From Mizuhopecten yessoensis (taxonomy: Eukaryota): a stretch of DNA of 64,000 nt. The position numbers were made by a program, and so were the translations under genes. Where the stretch lies: positions 1,398,199-1,462,198 of the forward strand of contig NW_018405506.1 in the NCBI RefSeq assembly GCF_002113885.1, written 5' to 3'. The notes below the pieces were generated by a model, which did not search any database, was not told where the DNA came from, and saw nothing but the letters and a program-made list of their open reading frames with translations. Positions 12,918-25,732 of the stretch are shown piece by piece (the first letter of the stretch is position 1; each line of letters opens with the position of its first letter).

Positions 12918-14541
12918 GCTCTGTTAGGACACGTGTTTTGTTCATCGCATCGTCATACATGTATAAAAACCATTAGATTTAGCACTATTTACCGCTTCTA
13001 ACCATTGCTACTATTTAGCTATCCAACATTCAGACGACATTCATAGAAGTATTGAACTGAGTTCAATGGGCATTCATAGGCAATATGATTGTCAACTCGA
13101 CAAAGTCAATGACGTACGTCTATGAATATCATTTAAAATCAGTTTAATGCTCGAATATGTTCCATTCTATGGCACTCCCACTATATACCCTACCAAGTTC
13201 GTAATGGTAAACGCGGTGACGTCATCATTATTAAGACGTCATAACTCTAACGTTGGATTTCACTGGCCTTTAATTGAAGATGGCTGTTCTATTCAAGCTG
13301 TTCTATTTAACTACCATTTACGATGCATACACTGATTAGAGCTGAATGAGTGAATTAAGATGAGTGAATTTAGTTTCTGTAAGTTTTACATATTCAACTG
13401 CTTCTTTTAATGGGGATAATTTTTTTTATCCATTTAAAGGTTGTTTTATCTTTGGAAAACGGGACAGAAATAAATATTGTGTATTGTAATAAAAGAATTC
13501 AATGATGGTTTCAAAACAAAACGTTGCAAGAAATATTAAATCTGAAACGCAAGTTACGAAAAAACACTTAATCCAATGATATAACGGTCGTAAATGTTCA
13601 CCCTATCATAAATTGAGTTGTATATTACAACAAATGCCATTTAGTAGGATTTACGGTGATCTTCGTGTATTTGGAAAGAGTGTGATAATTGTGTTTATGT
13701 TTTGTCTCGTATATTAGATCATAATTATTTAAGCAGTATTAAAGATCGTTTTGTTACTACACATTTAGTATGCTCTTTGTACATATTTTTTGTTAATATA
13801 ACATTAGGTAACTCTTGCTCAGAAACAGCAGCCTTGTTATTTATGTTGTACTGCGGGCATGCACTAATTGTGCTATCTTTTGCACATTTGTCAGTGTTAG
13901 AGTCACTCCAAGGACATGACTAGAAATATGTAGCCATGATTCGACTTTCTACACGGATTTATCATAATGTCGCCGCTTCCTCCATCGGTTAGTCCTTGCG
14001 TCCGTCACGCTTTTATATCCGGAGCATAATTCTATACAGTAAACTAGTTAAATCAAAATAATTTGTACTCATTATTAGCGGACACAGAGGAAGAACCACA
14101 GCATTTGCTTTGCAGGATGCGGAGTCATCCCCCTTTTGTAATGCATGGCCTAGTTTTTCTATCCGACGGGGATTAGAGTAACGTGGTTCATATTGCATAT
14201 ATTCCTTTATAATTCGCTAATTAAAAAAACACCTAAAATAACATAATTCAAACTTGTTTTACTGCAAAACCAACATGTAAATACAATTAAAGCCTTTACG
14301 GCAATTGTGTTGCTTATTATATTTCTGTGGTGTTGAAGTAACAGTACCATGAATATTACAAAATATTAACAAAACTCCGGGGAAAACTAAATAAGGTAGT
14401 ATATAGGTAACGTGTGTACGTTTAAACAATGGATGACCCGAAGTTTTACAGTTACCGTTAGGCAGTGGACGATTTCGAAAGCGAAAGCGTCTTCGAAAAG
14501 GTAGTTTGTTCACAGCTGCTGTTCTTTTCAGTCTAATCATA

Positions 14542-14910
14542 AGGCCTTCAGTCAAGCCATACGCTAATCTTAAGGCTTTGGGCCGAGTCATACGATAATC
14601 TTAAGGATTCAGTCGAGCCCTACTTTAATCTTAAGGCTTTCGGTCGAGTCATACGCTAATCTAAAGGCTTCCAGTCGAGCCCTACGCTGATCTTAAAGCT
14701 TTCGGTCGAGTCATGCGCTAATCTTAAGGATTTTGGTCGAGTCTTACGTTAATCTTAATGCTTTCGGTCGAGCCATAAGCTAATTTTAAGGCTTACGGTC
14801 GAGCCATACGCTAATCATCCCACTAGTCTGGTTAACTTCGGCGTTTGCTTACGTTCGAACCCTATGCTTATCTTAAGGCTTTTGGTATGGTCCTGCACTA
14901 GTTTTAAGAT
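14542..14910. repeat. 31-bp minisatellite (aggctttcggtcgagtcatacgctaatctta), ~10 copies
   Basis: Direct tandem units visible, degenerating at the right end. Confidence 0.9.
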
Positions 14911-15587
14911 TGACGTAAGTCTTGACCGCCAGCAATTACAATACAGAACCAGACTATTCTTCAAATTCAGATGATACAGTATGAAGTCATGTTGGCCAGT
15001 TCATTATTTACCATTGCAATTCTGATGACTGAAATAATCTACGTTTGATACATCATTGGGCGAGAGATTAAAAAGTATACATAGAGTGGTAAACACTCCG
15101 CCCTTCCATTTAGGCGGCCGGGTTCGATCTCGTACGCACAGATATTCAGAGAAAGTGTTTTTCTCCTGTCCACACAACTTCAACAACTCAGGTCTGACGT
15201 GGATGCTGCGGTATCTGTGCTGTAACATTCAAGTGAGGTGGCAGTATAAATGATGCCGTTGGGAGCACGGTCCCACTACAAACAGAGCACAGTACATTTC
15301 CAGCACACATGCAGGGATATTGGTGTGACGTGGCTTCCGGTAAGATCGATTTTGTTTTCAGGCCCGATCGAACCGCATATTTTCCCAACATTTTACCATA
15401 CAAAGGATTCCGACGTGTGAACCGATAGAACTGTTCATTATGTGTGTAAAATAGACACCTTATATAACATGCACAACGTACAACGAACTTATGTGGAAGC
15501 CACGCCACACAAGTCTACCTGCAAGTTGATGCTGTTCGACGGCCCTTTGCAATATCGCCGTAAATGTAAATGCATACACACATTGGA

Positions 15588-15775
15588 AGATATTAGCCAG
15601 GTGGCATAGGACTAGTAGTTAGCGCCTGATAAGGCAGCTCTTGCAAATTCCTCAAAATTGAATTGATTAATGTATATGCTAATTGTATTAATTGTATATC
15701 TAGTTACTGTAAAGCGCCTTAGAGTGGCTTATGTTAGCTAGATAGGGCGCTATATCAGATGCTGTATATTTATTA
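15588..15775 (+). mobile_element. dispersed repeat, SINE/LINE 3'-end-like
   Basis: An inverted similar copy lies at ~40240-40432 (gatattagccaggtggcata...cctgataaggcagctc). The tail tgtaaagcgccttagag...gcgctatatcag resembles L2/SINE 3' tails. A weaker match occurs near 9727. Confidence 0.6.
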
Positions 15776-16164
15776 TATATATATATATTTACAACAAATA
15801 TCTGCGTGAAGAAAACTTTATTTCATTTAAAAGCAGAAACCAGTTTTTTCAATCTTCTTTCTTACACAACATATGATTGATAATCGCTACACATTATTAA
15901 AAACTTCATATTGTTTTAAAAGCTTAAAAATGCCCACTGACTATCCTAGCCTCGTATTGAATTATTGCGCGTAATCTAATGGCTTGTTTCGCACAAAATA
16001 CATTTGTACGTCACAAATATATGACGTCATAGAATCAAACAACTTACTCAAAACTGCCGTGTCGATGTCATCAACCTAGATGAGATTTGATGGCGGTCCA
16101 CATAAAAGAGAGCGGTGTGGACCTCCATCAGATTTAATTTTATGCAAACAAGAAGAGCTCCAGC

Positions 16165-17502
16165 ATGGACGGCACAATTGAAGGTCCTTTGTCAGAATCT
16201 CAGAGACAAACAATCTCTCAACAAAATGAAAAAAAAGAAGAAGAACCGAAATCAAGGCAAAAGTCCAGACGGAAGTGGTGGAAAATGTCACGTAACGAAA
16301 AGGAAGAAAAAACACAAAAGTACGAGAAAAACATGGGCTGCTGTGAGGTTTTGCTCAGTAGCGAGCTAATTTCCAGTACAAATACAGATTTAGATGGCAA
16401 CGTAGTCAACGGCATCAGAACGGTAAAGGGCACAAGCGAATCTGTGGATTTCCCTTTTAAATTTTCTGTCAACAAGAAGCCTTCTCTCGATCCACTCGAT
16501 GTGAATAATGTAAAGAAACATGAAAAGAAAAAGAAGCGTAAAGATAAAAAGACCGCGGCTAATGAATCCTCGGACATTTACAAGAAATCAGGCAAGTCTA
16601 AAAGTGCTTCTACTCATAGTCCTCGGTCGCAGAATCCACTCCAAAGAAGTGAAGGACTCAGGGAGACTTCAGTGAGTCCCACTGATTCCGAATTCTGGGG
16701 CTTCAGTAACTCGCGTTCTCCGCTGAACTTCAATGTAGAACACGCGCTTGACATGAATACCATTGTCGATCGCCCTGTTGACAATGCCGCGACAACCTCA
16801 GATGACGAATACGAGGCCGAAATGGCATATCGATTCCCATTCCTGTACAAAAGACTGTCCATACAGCAACCACAAAACACAGGTCACCGCGACCTTCGTC
16901 ATCCAGAAAGACATGTCACGACGCCGAAGCCGCCACGACAAACCCTCGAGAACTTGACTGCGGATGATATAAAGAAACCTTTCAAAATGAAGTCGCCAGA
17001 TTTGGTTTGCAATAGGAGGAACGTTTATATAATTGATAAAGACACGAATAGAAGCACGCCTGTTTTTACCTGTAGACAAGGCAATGTGAAGGAGAGTGAT
17101 CTGCATGCCGTAGCCAAAAACAAAAATATCGCCACCATCAGTTATAGCACCGTGGACAAAGACAAAAACATGGCTACCATCAGTCGCGGCATCATACACG
17201 TCGACAAAGATAAAACCACTGCCTCCGTCAGTCACGTCATCGTGGACAAAGATAAAACCACGGCCACCGTCAGCCATAGCAATGCGACGGGAAGTAAGGT
17301 GAATATTCCGGATACAGACAAAAACATGGCTACCATCAATCATAGCAATGTACAAGAGGTAGACAAGCATATGGAGAATCAAGATACAAATAAATATACA
17401 GCTACAAGCGATGAGAGCAGAAAAGGTCGTAGAGTGCAGATTATTGATAATCTGTCGTCCGATATAGACAAACTGCTGGATGAATTAGACGAGATTTGGT
17501 GA
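16165..17502 (+). CDS. uncharacterised 445-aa low-complexity, probably disordered protein (single exon)
   Basis: Long ORF with raised GC. Lys/Ser-rich, with internal ATxSxxxVDKDK repeats. TGACGTCA at 16022 upstream and AATAAA at ~17675 downstream. No recognisable globular domain. Confidence 0.7.
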   Translation: MDGTIEGPLSESQRQTISQQNEKKEEEPKSRQKSRRKWWKMSRNEKEEKTQKYEKNMGCCEVLLSSELISSTNTDLDGNVVNGIRTVKGTSESVDFPFKFSVNKKPSLDPLDVNNVKKHEKKKKRKDKKTAANESSDIYKKSGKSKSASTHSPRSQNPLQRSEGLRETSVSPTDSEFWGFSNSRSPLNFNVEHALDMNTIVDRPVDNAATTSDDEYEAEMAYRFPFLYKRLSIQQPQNTGHRDLRHPERHVTTPKPPRQTLENLTADDIKKPFKMKSPDLVCNRRNVYIIDKDTNRSTPVFTCRQGNVKESDLHAVAKNKNIATISYSTVDKDKNMATISRGIIHVDKDKTTASVSHVIVDKDKTTATVSHSNATGSKVNIPDTDKNMATINHSNVQEVDKHMENQDTNKYTATSDESRKGRRVQIIDNLSSDIDKLLDELDEIW

Positions 17503-19894
17503 AAAGAAACATTTTAAATGAAGGGCCTTAATTAAACCATTACTCTTTGGAAATTGGATTACAGCTTTCAAATAGTGTTATATCTTTTTTTTAAAAGGGC
17601 CAAACGTAGAAAACCATGAATATAAAAAACTTGGTTCCATATTTATTGTGTTTTTTATTGTTGAAAAAAATATAAATAAACAAAAAAAAACTGTTAAAAT
17701 TAGTCGAATTAATAAGATAATCGGATTCATTTTCATTTTATAATTTGACAAATCATCAGCTCTGAAGATTCATGATAACATGTTAACACGGAAAATTGTG
17801 AAAATGGATCAGGAATTAGATGCACACTTTATGCATTTATAGTCCTTTTCAGGAATCTTACTTACGCAAATGGTTATGATTTTGAAACGAAAATTTGCAT
17901 CATAAAATAATTATAATAGTTTTATTTCAATAGTGGTAAAATTTGCTGAAAATATTTAAAGAGCTATGGCGGGTTGCTATGCCTATTTCCCCAAAGTTAT
18001 AACCCGCTAGTGCGCGCGTCCAGCCGTGCACTGTTACGACGCGTCCTCAGGTATTTGTATACAGGTAGCTCTATCGGAATCCCATGTCTAAGAATAGATT
18101 ATTTTAAACGGACGAATTTATGGTCATGGCTATTAACACATGCGTTTCACGATAAAGACTCAACAAAATGTTTATTTTGCTTAAACACTAGATCGTACAA
18201 TCAATACCAACAAGTTTGAAAGGATTTAATTTTCAATACTACTGCCAAAGTCATACCGTTACCCGCTTTCTTAAAAAAACACACATCTTGATTTTGTTCG
18301 TCCTGCACCTTAGAATGGTAAAATTACATATAATTTTCGAAAAGCATATCTTACACGTGTATTGCGCTCCTTACTTTGTGCTGCAGTCTTCAGTCCTGCT
18401 TTTAAAACGAATGAGACTGTCCTCGACGATGAATTTTCCCGCGTGTTTGGTAATATCTTTGCGATAATAACAGGGTTTTTTTGCTTTGCCTTTTTTTATT
18501 CTGACGAAACAATCCTATATTTTTTTTTTATTTCGGCATCATTTGTTTGTGTTTAAATAATGGATTAAAATACTGGGTAAAACAATTCATAAATATCATT
18601 TAAATGATGTCTTACATGTACCCACAAAGCGTAGCTGTACTGTACACGCGTACAGGGATTTGTTAACATGATTCCATAGAAGATAAACCAATATGTATGT
18701 TATTTAGATATCAATAAAGTGTTTTATTGATTTGAAAAATACTTATCCCTTAATTGAGGAAGATGATCACATGCCTAAATATTAAATTAAAAAAATATGT
18801 GCGTGGTTTCGAACCTACAGCGATTTCTCCTTCTGGTCCTAAGCTAACTGCGTTACACATTAGGCTACATAGGACATATAGAATATAGACGAATATTGAA
18901 ATATAAACTGTGTAAACCCAAGAAACATCTGTCGTAGTTTTGAGAAAAATTGATCAACCCTATTTTTCATTATTTTGAGCACTTTCCCAAAGGAGGACCA
19001 CTTTTCCGTCATACGATTTGTTTTAGGATATTACACCACGGAATCAAAATGTTTACTCAAAAGTTGGTCCTCGGATGGGAAAGTATTGAAAGTATTTTTT
19101 TTAAGTCTGGGAAACCCCGTCACTTTCATAGATATAGTGAATATGGCTATATTTGTAGTTTTATATTAATAATACCGAATATATCAACCGTTCAAAAATT
19201 CATAATCAATTGGTTTTATATATATTCCATGCATTTTCGCTACTTTAAGTGATTTACTCGTTAATATTTTTTTCCGTTTTAAAAAATGTATAATATTCAA
19301 AAGATCAGAAAATTATATATTTGGCGCGAGACTAACCCAAATCGGGACACTTTTTAGACAAATATCAATGTCCTTTATAACATGCTACCAGTTCCAAAAA
19401 TGTTTATTCATTTTTCTGAAGTAGATACTCTCAACTTTTCATTTCTATTATAAGTTGATATTTCGGGCGCGTGGTTCTGTTAATGGAATGCGAAATACTA
19501 TCAGGATTACGCAGGCCCTTGAACCGGCGTAACTGTACCCTCAAAGCATTACTTTTGATAAAACAGACTTTTGAAAATGATATCCAAATAAATGGCGTCG
19601 CACGGCACGTAAATCGGCAAAGTTTTGTTTTGGTCATTATTCTTATCTTTACATTGTCCATGTTATTATATTTACATTTGCCCCTGCGCCGTCCCATTAC
19701 AACAGTGTTAGAGGGCAAGTGTAATTATATAGGCTATAATTACAACTGCTCGACTATAATTACAACTGCCTGTTTCAGGTGTAGGAATATGTAAACAAAC
19801 AAAATGGCCGCCTGAAATGTATTTTGAGGCAGGGCAAATGGTTTTTGTAGGAATATGTCTTAAAAAAGAAAAATATGTAAATATAAAAAATACC

Positions 19895-20019
19895 TGGTTG
19901 TTTGGATGTAATTATTGTTGATATAATTACAAGTGGCCGCTGGCAAATCCCATAAAACCCGCTAGATTTGCGGGAGGCCACTTGTAATTATATCAACAAT
20001 AATTACATCCAGACAACCA
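19895..20019. repeat. inverted repeat/hairpin, 44-bp arms with 37-bp spacer
   Basis: tggttgtttggatgtaattattgttgatataattacaagtggcc ... ggccacttgtaattatatcaacaataattacatccagacaacca (one mismatch). Confidence 0.85.
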
Positions 20020-21327
20020 CTTATTGTTTAAATAATCAGCAGCCAATTAAGCTTATATGTAACAATTGTCAATAAAGCATTAACAAATGAAAACCGTTTA
20101 CATAAAAGTACTTCCTTGCATTGAATGACAGTTTCTTGGGCCGTTTTCCCACAAGTGTTTCCCCGTTTTGGGTACAGTGACGGTAGTCTACTGATGTTAA
20201 GTATCATTATTTTCATACCGTATATATCAAGGTGTAAAAACACACTGTCAATAGTGTTAAGTAAGCATTATTCAGGGTAGACGTGTATATCCTGTAAACC
20301 GCATGTTGTATCGTAAGGACATGTACCTGTAGAACGAATGTTGCCGCATGTGTGTCGTATACATGTAAATCGCGTTCAAGGTAGAAATGGCGCGTGTATG
20401 ACATTATCACCCGTGTCATGCAGATTGAAATCGGGCTGAGATATCGCCTAAATGCACAGCGAGCGGAAATCCTTATATAAAACAACCCGTATCACAGACA
20501 ACCCTATAGGCTATTGCTCGCTCTCTATTAACTTTTCCTTCGGATACAGATCGGTTGTTCTCCTGCTATTCTTACCCCCAATTTCCCTGTGGTACAAACC
20601 ATTTTCCTGCGCTTAACAAAACTTTTGCCGAAGGCACTTAAATGATATGTTGAATATGTTAATCTTTAATGAAAAAGGAACATTTCTAAGGTGATATATG
20701 TCTTATGGAATTCTTTATTTCAATTAAATGAAACTGACCTTTAGAAATAGCATGGCCAGATTGTTTTACTGGTCTTTATACGGTCAGGTAATAAAGTATA
20801 CAATCTCGTTCTTGTAAAATAAATATACAAGGTATATGTTGGTTTTTAAGACCGTCATATGATAAGATAAATCTTTGTTTTATATTCACAAACTTATTAA
20901 TTTTCAAGCTTGGGAAACATAATTTTAACATCAACTCAGGAACTGTTTCGGCGTTGTGTACAGTTATGGTAACACAACCCGTCTGTTCAATATCGAATGT
21001 GATCACGTCAGGTCATCATATATGTTCCATACCTAAAATGATTTACCCGCTCTGTCCTTTAATGTGATTAACCCATGGAGATAGCATCCTTAAATTTGAA
21101 GGGGACAGCTTGTTGTTTTACCGGTTTAAAGGGAGATAACTCTAACTGCACTACACATTTTACATGCACAGGGACCAACGAGTTTGCAACAACTATATTT
21201 GGATTACGCTTGGGTTTTCAGAGTTATTTTACACGTTTAAGGAGTTTAGATAAATATTCCGACCAAAAAGATTCTATACACTATCATTGGGGTGATAATG
21301 TAAAACGTCAAATGAACACATATAATC

Positions 21328-21698
21328 AAATAATTGTACCTATCTTTAAATAATTGAAGAAAGGTACAATTCAATTGGTGATAGGTGCAATTCAATTGAA
21401 GATAAATTCAATTTAATTAAAGATGGGTTCAATTCAATTGGAGATATGGAACGCCGAATTAACATTTATTCAATTAATTGAAGAAAGGTTCAATTCAATT
21501 GAAGATATGTCCAATTCAATTAAAGAAAGGTTCACTTCAATTGGAGATAGGTTCAATTCAATTGAAGATATGTTTTATTTGAACATAGTTTTAATTCAAT
21601 TGAAGATAGGTTTAATTCAATTGAAGTTAGGTTCAATTTAATTTGAGATAGGTACAATTCGATTGGGTATAGGTACAAATAATTGTACCTATCTTTAA
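21328..21698. repeat. 21-bp minisatellite (ttcaattcaattgaagatagg) bounded by 22-bp direct repeats
   Basis: aaataattgtacctatctttaa at 21328-21349 and 21677-21698 flanks the array. Confidence 0.85.
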
Positions 21699-23420
21699 TC
21701 ATCGTTCCTAGAGGTGGCATGTATACCGAAGGTTGATCTAAACCTCTTAGACGCGTAAAATTACTCTGAACACCTAATAACTGGTTTCAGTTTAAACATA
21801 TTGTATTGCCAAGCAAATGGATTGGGCACAAGTTATCAAACTTATATTAAGCCCTTTCCCAGCAAATTACAAGCATATATTTACAATAGTACAAGATGGC
21901 AGACTTAATTAATATACATATATACACTATTTCATTTTTAAATGCTTTAATTTATATATTGAAATTATAAGAGAGAGACAGAGAGAGAGAAGGGGGATGG
22001 GGTTCTAATAGTCTGTAATTATAATACATACATCCTCATAATTATTAATGTATGACACATGGTATCTGCCTCCAAAGCAACAGATAGTATAAAAAAGCAT
22101 ATCGGAACATGTGGTTGTTTTTTCTCCATGCAAATGGACAAGTGTTACTCAATTCGCTGTTCACAACTTTCTGTATGTTCAAATATAATAACTGGTGAAA
22201 GTCAACAACTTTGTGCATCTCGCCTCGATGAAAGAACAATTTTGCCATTTTGGTATGAAATTCCCAAAACAAATCATGTTAAGTCCCCCTTCGGTTAAAT
22301 AAACAATAAACACTGACGTCATGCTTTAGAAAATATGCTAGAAATCAACACTTTCTAGACATACAAACGCTATGTCAAGTCATCTTCAGGCTAAGCTCGG
22401 CGGAACAATTTGATTGTGATCTTGACAGATTTAAGCAGATCTAGAGGTAAATAGAAACCTTTTCGTTAGCAAATCTTCAAATACAATGTACATACAAAAA
22501 CAAATTCGTGTACCATCATTCGACAAAAGAAACAGAGTCCCACGGCTGGCTTGTGAACCTTTTTGGAAGAGAGTTTCACGCGCATGGTCTGCTGGAAAAT
22601 ATTACATGCTCACACATGGTACAAGGTCGTAAACATATATGGTTATTAACCAATGAGAAGTATGGATACATCGCAAACGCGGTAGAATAAATTATATATA
22701 TCACTGAACAACATACCTTGATCAGATGTTGTGAACACATGTCCACTGACGTCACAATGCACATCCCATGTTCATATCGATTATTTTCATTAACATTTGA
22801 GCTCATCCTTTCCTACACAAACGGATACTAAAACAGATTGAAATTATCAACCAAGTATAATGAAAAGAACCCTCAACTGTTAGAAGTCAATTTGAGTGTA
22901 GACTGATCAATGTTTGTTTTAATCTAGTGAGTTGTTTGACAAATTGTTTTCCTGGCCATATGGATAGGAGGAGCAACATTCAAACTTGACATACGACATT
23001 GAAAATGAAAAGCTATGCGAACTCCATATATTAAACAGCTAGTTCCTCTGTCGAGGTGTGAGAGAATGATCAACATTGCCTGTTAACAAAGTGTCTCCGA
23101 AATGTCAGAGTTGTCCTTTGACGTATCACTCGAATTCAGTACTGTTGCAACAACATGAATCAAACACTAATGGATTTTATTCATACAAAGCACATAAGTG
23201 TTCCTTTCCCCACAAAAAAAACCACGATAACTTCTAAATATTATCAACGTGCGGCAATTAATTTAACAATGTATTGTCTTTGTAAAGGACTATCTGAGTA
23301 CAACAAATATCAAATTTTATGTATGTATGGAAATTAGGTTATGAAAAAAAAGTCAATCAAACCACGTTAGTTTCTAGTCAATTCATTGTGTTGTAGTCAT
23401 ATTCAGCGGGTAAAGCAGTG

Positions 23421-25732
23421 TTATGCATGACCGTTACAGGTCTTATCACAAATGCCTTTATTTTTCGCGCGAGCTGAGCTGTCTGCCAGGAGCTCTAGGA
23501 TTTCTTTTCTCTGCTTCATCTGTGCTACATTGGCTGGAGTTTTCTTATTGAGTCCCTCGGCGTGTACATCTGCTCCGTTTTGTAGCAGAAGTTTTACGAG
23601 CGCAACATGACCTGAATCGCATGCGCAATGGAGTGGAGTGTAGCCAACCTTTGACCTGATGTTGACGTCTGCGCCACCTTGTATGAGAACCTTTGCCACC
23701 AAGTTATATCCGTCATAACATACCCTGTGGAGACATGATAAGCCGAAATAGTCCGTCTGGTCGTAGTCCGCGCCATTTTGTAACAGCATGCTTGCAACAT
23801 TATGGCGGCCTTTTTGTGTGGCACAATACAATGGGCTCCAACCCTTTGTGGTCGCTATATTGATATCGGCACCGCTCTCTATCAGGGAAAGAACAATGTC
23901 CAAATCCCCTTTACCGGAAGCCAAATGTAAGGGAGACCATCCTGTGTGTGCAGTGACATTGATTGAGTTTTGTCGTTTCAAGAGCATTTGGACAACCTTG
24001 GCGTTTTCTTCTCCGCCACCGAAGTAAATGGCAGGCCATCCACCACAAGTGACCACGTTCGATTTCGCGCCGTTTTCCAACAACACACGGAGCAACTGTA
24101 AATCCCCGTTCCAACACGCATAATGCAGAGGTGTTCCAAAGGACTCTTGTTCCTGGTTAACGTCGGCTCCGTAGTCAAGAAGTAATTTCACGGTGCCATA
24201 ATTGCCTGCTTTACAAGCGATGATTAGTGGCGTCCTGCCGCCTGCATCGACGCAGTGTGCACTTACACCTTTACTAAGCACAAACATAACTGCCTCGGCG
24301 TTTGCACTGAAGCATGCACCGTGCAAACAATCTGATGTCGGCTCCTCATTATGCAAAAACTGTCGCAGCAGGGACAGGTTTCCAGTTCGGCCAACCCAGT
24401 AAAACAACGAGTATCCCTTCTTATCCACGCTTCGGTAAAACCTCAGCTGTTTTGTGCGCTCCATATTTGAAATGTACATACACCACCGGATAGAGAAGGA
24501 CAGATCATCGATAGAGGGGTTTTGGAAAACATCGTCAATGTCTCCGTTCATGACATCATCCGTAAAACGCTTGGCCAGTTCCTTGTAGTAGATCTCTGGC
24601 AACCGTACCAACGTGTCTTCCGCGACGTCAGGGAAAGACTGAAGCCGCACGTGTTGCTGGATAAAGTGAGCGCTGCAGTGCTGCAATACAAACATGGCAT
24701 CCTCGTTTGCCAGCACAACGCCTACCGCTTCCAGAAGAGAGGCATGCACGAATTTGTATGCAGTATCATTAACTGTCACATGTGAATCGCGCAGCCTTTC
24801 AATGGCACGATGAATATCAAACAATGTGAGGTTGGGCAGTTTACGTGCCTTTTTTATTGATTCTAGTTTCTCTGCAACCCAGTTGACATTCGGTGAGGCC
24901 CCACAACAAATATAGCGCAGCCTTTCGAGCCATCCATTGGGGGGTTTATTTTGCGTGGGTTCGCTTGGCGTCAGATTATCAAACAGTAAGTGTCCATCAC
25001 AAACAAGCAGTAGGATCAATGCTGAAAACGCAACACTGTCTCTCCTTGAAAGCTGAACAAGTTCTTCACGTAACTGTGAAACGGGATGAAGAAAAAAACT
25101 TTCACCTTTTGCTCGAAACATTTCGTCAGACGCAAAAAGTCTACAGGATAATGGGAAGCATGGGGTATCGCATGATGTTAGCATTTCGATCGTCTTTGCA
25201 TTCAGGACAATGTCTTTGTCCCTGAGATGACTCCTAATCATCTGTAGCTTTTCAGATGATGAGAGACGCAAATCAGAAGAAGAAATATCAATCGGCTTCC
25301 CAAAAAGATGAAAGCGATTGACTGTTGCTTTCAGATCTCTGTAGATGTACCTGCGGACTGTTGCTATGACAGTTGTATATTTGTGGTTGATACATCCCCG
25401 TAAGTCCTCCTGCAGACGCTGCCAAGCTTCGGCACGTTCAGGAATGGCACACGACTCACCAACGCAATTGTCTACGAATATCGTTTGCTTTTTGCTAGCA
25501 TCCCATTTTTTACGCCATTCATCCGCCGAGTCGATTATGACAAGGTTGTCGCCGGCTACGAGACGACGCAGAATGAGGTGCCATGCACAGGACGTCTTTC
25601 CCTCGCCCGAGTTACCAACAATCAGAACGGCCCCATCACGGTCTACCTCTTCCTGTATCCGACGATAGGCACGAGTCTCCACGAACTTCTTGTCTTCCGC
25701 GCCTCTCTTTTCTATGAGCACCTGCATCAGCG
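23421..25732 (-). CDS. HEPN-nSTAND3-ankyrin protein, last coding exon: nSTAND3-type P-loop NTPase, helical/winged-helix region and ~10 ankyrin repeats
   Basis: Acceptor ttcgttacag| at 25733 (phase 1). FVETRA motif, Walker A LIVGNSGEGKTS (25593-25616), Walker B TIFVDNCVG, CFPLSCRLF, YKFVHASLLEAV. Ankyrin consensus GRTPLIIAC, GTPLHYAC, GWSPLHLAS, GYTPLHCAC. Confidence 0.92.

Noticed and set aside
15080-15135. tRNA-like A/B boxes
   Set aside because: Too degenerate to call; probably an old SINE head
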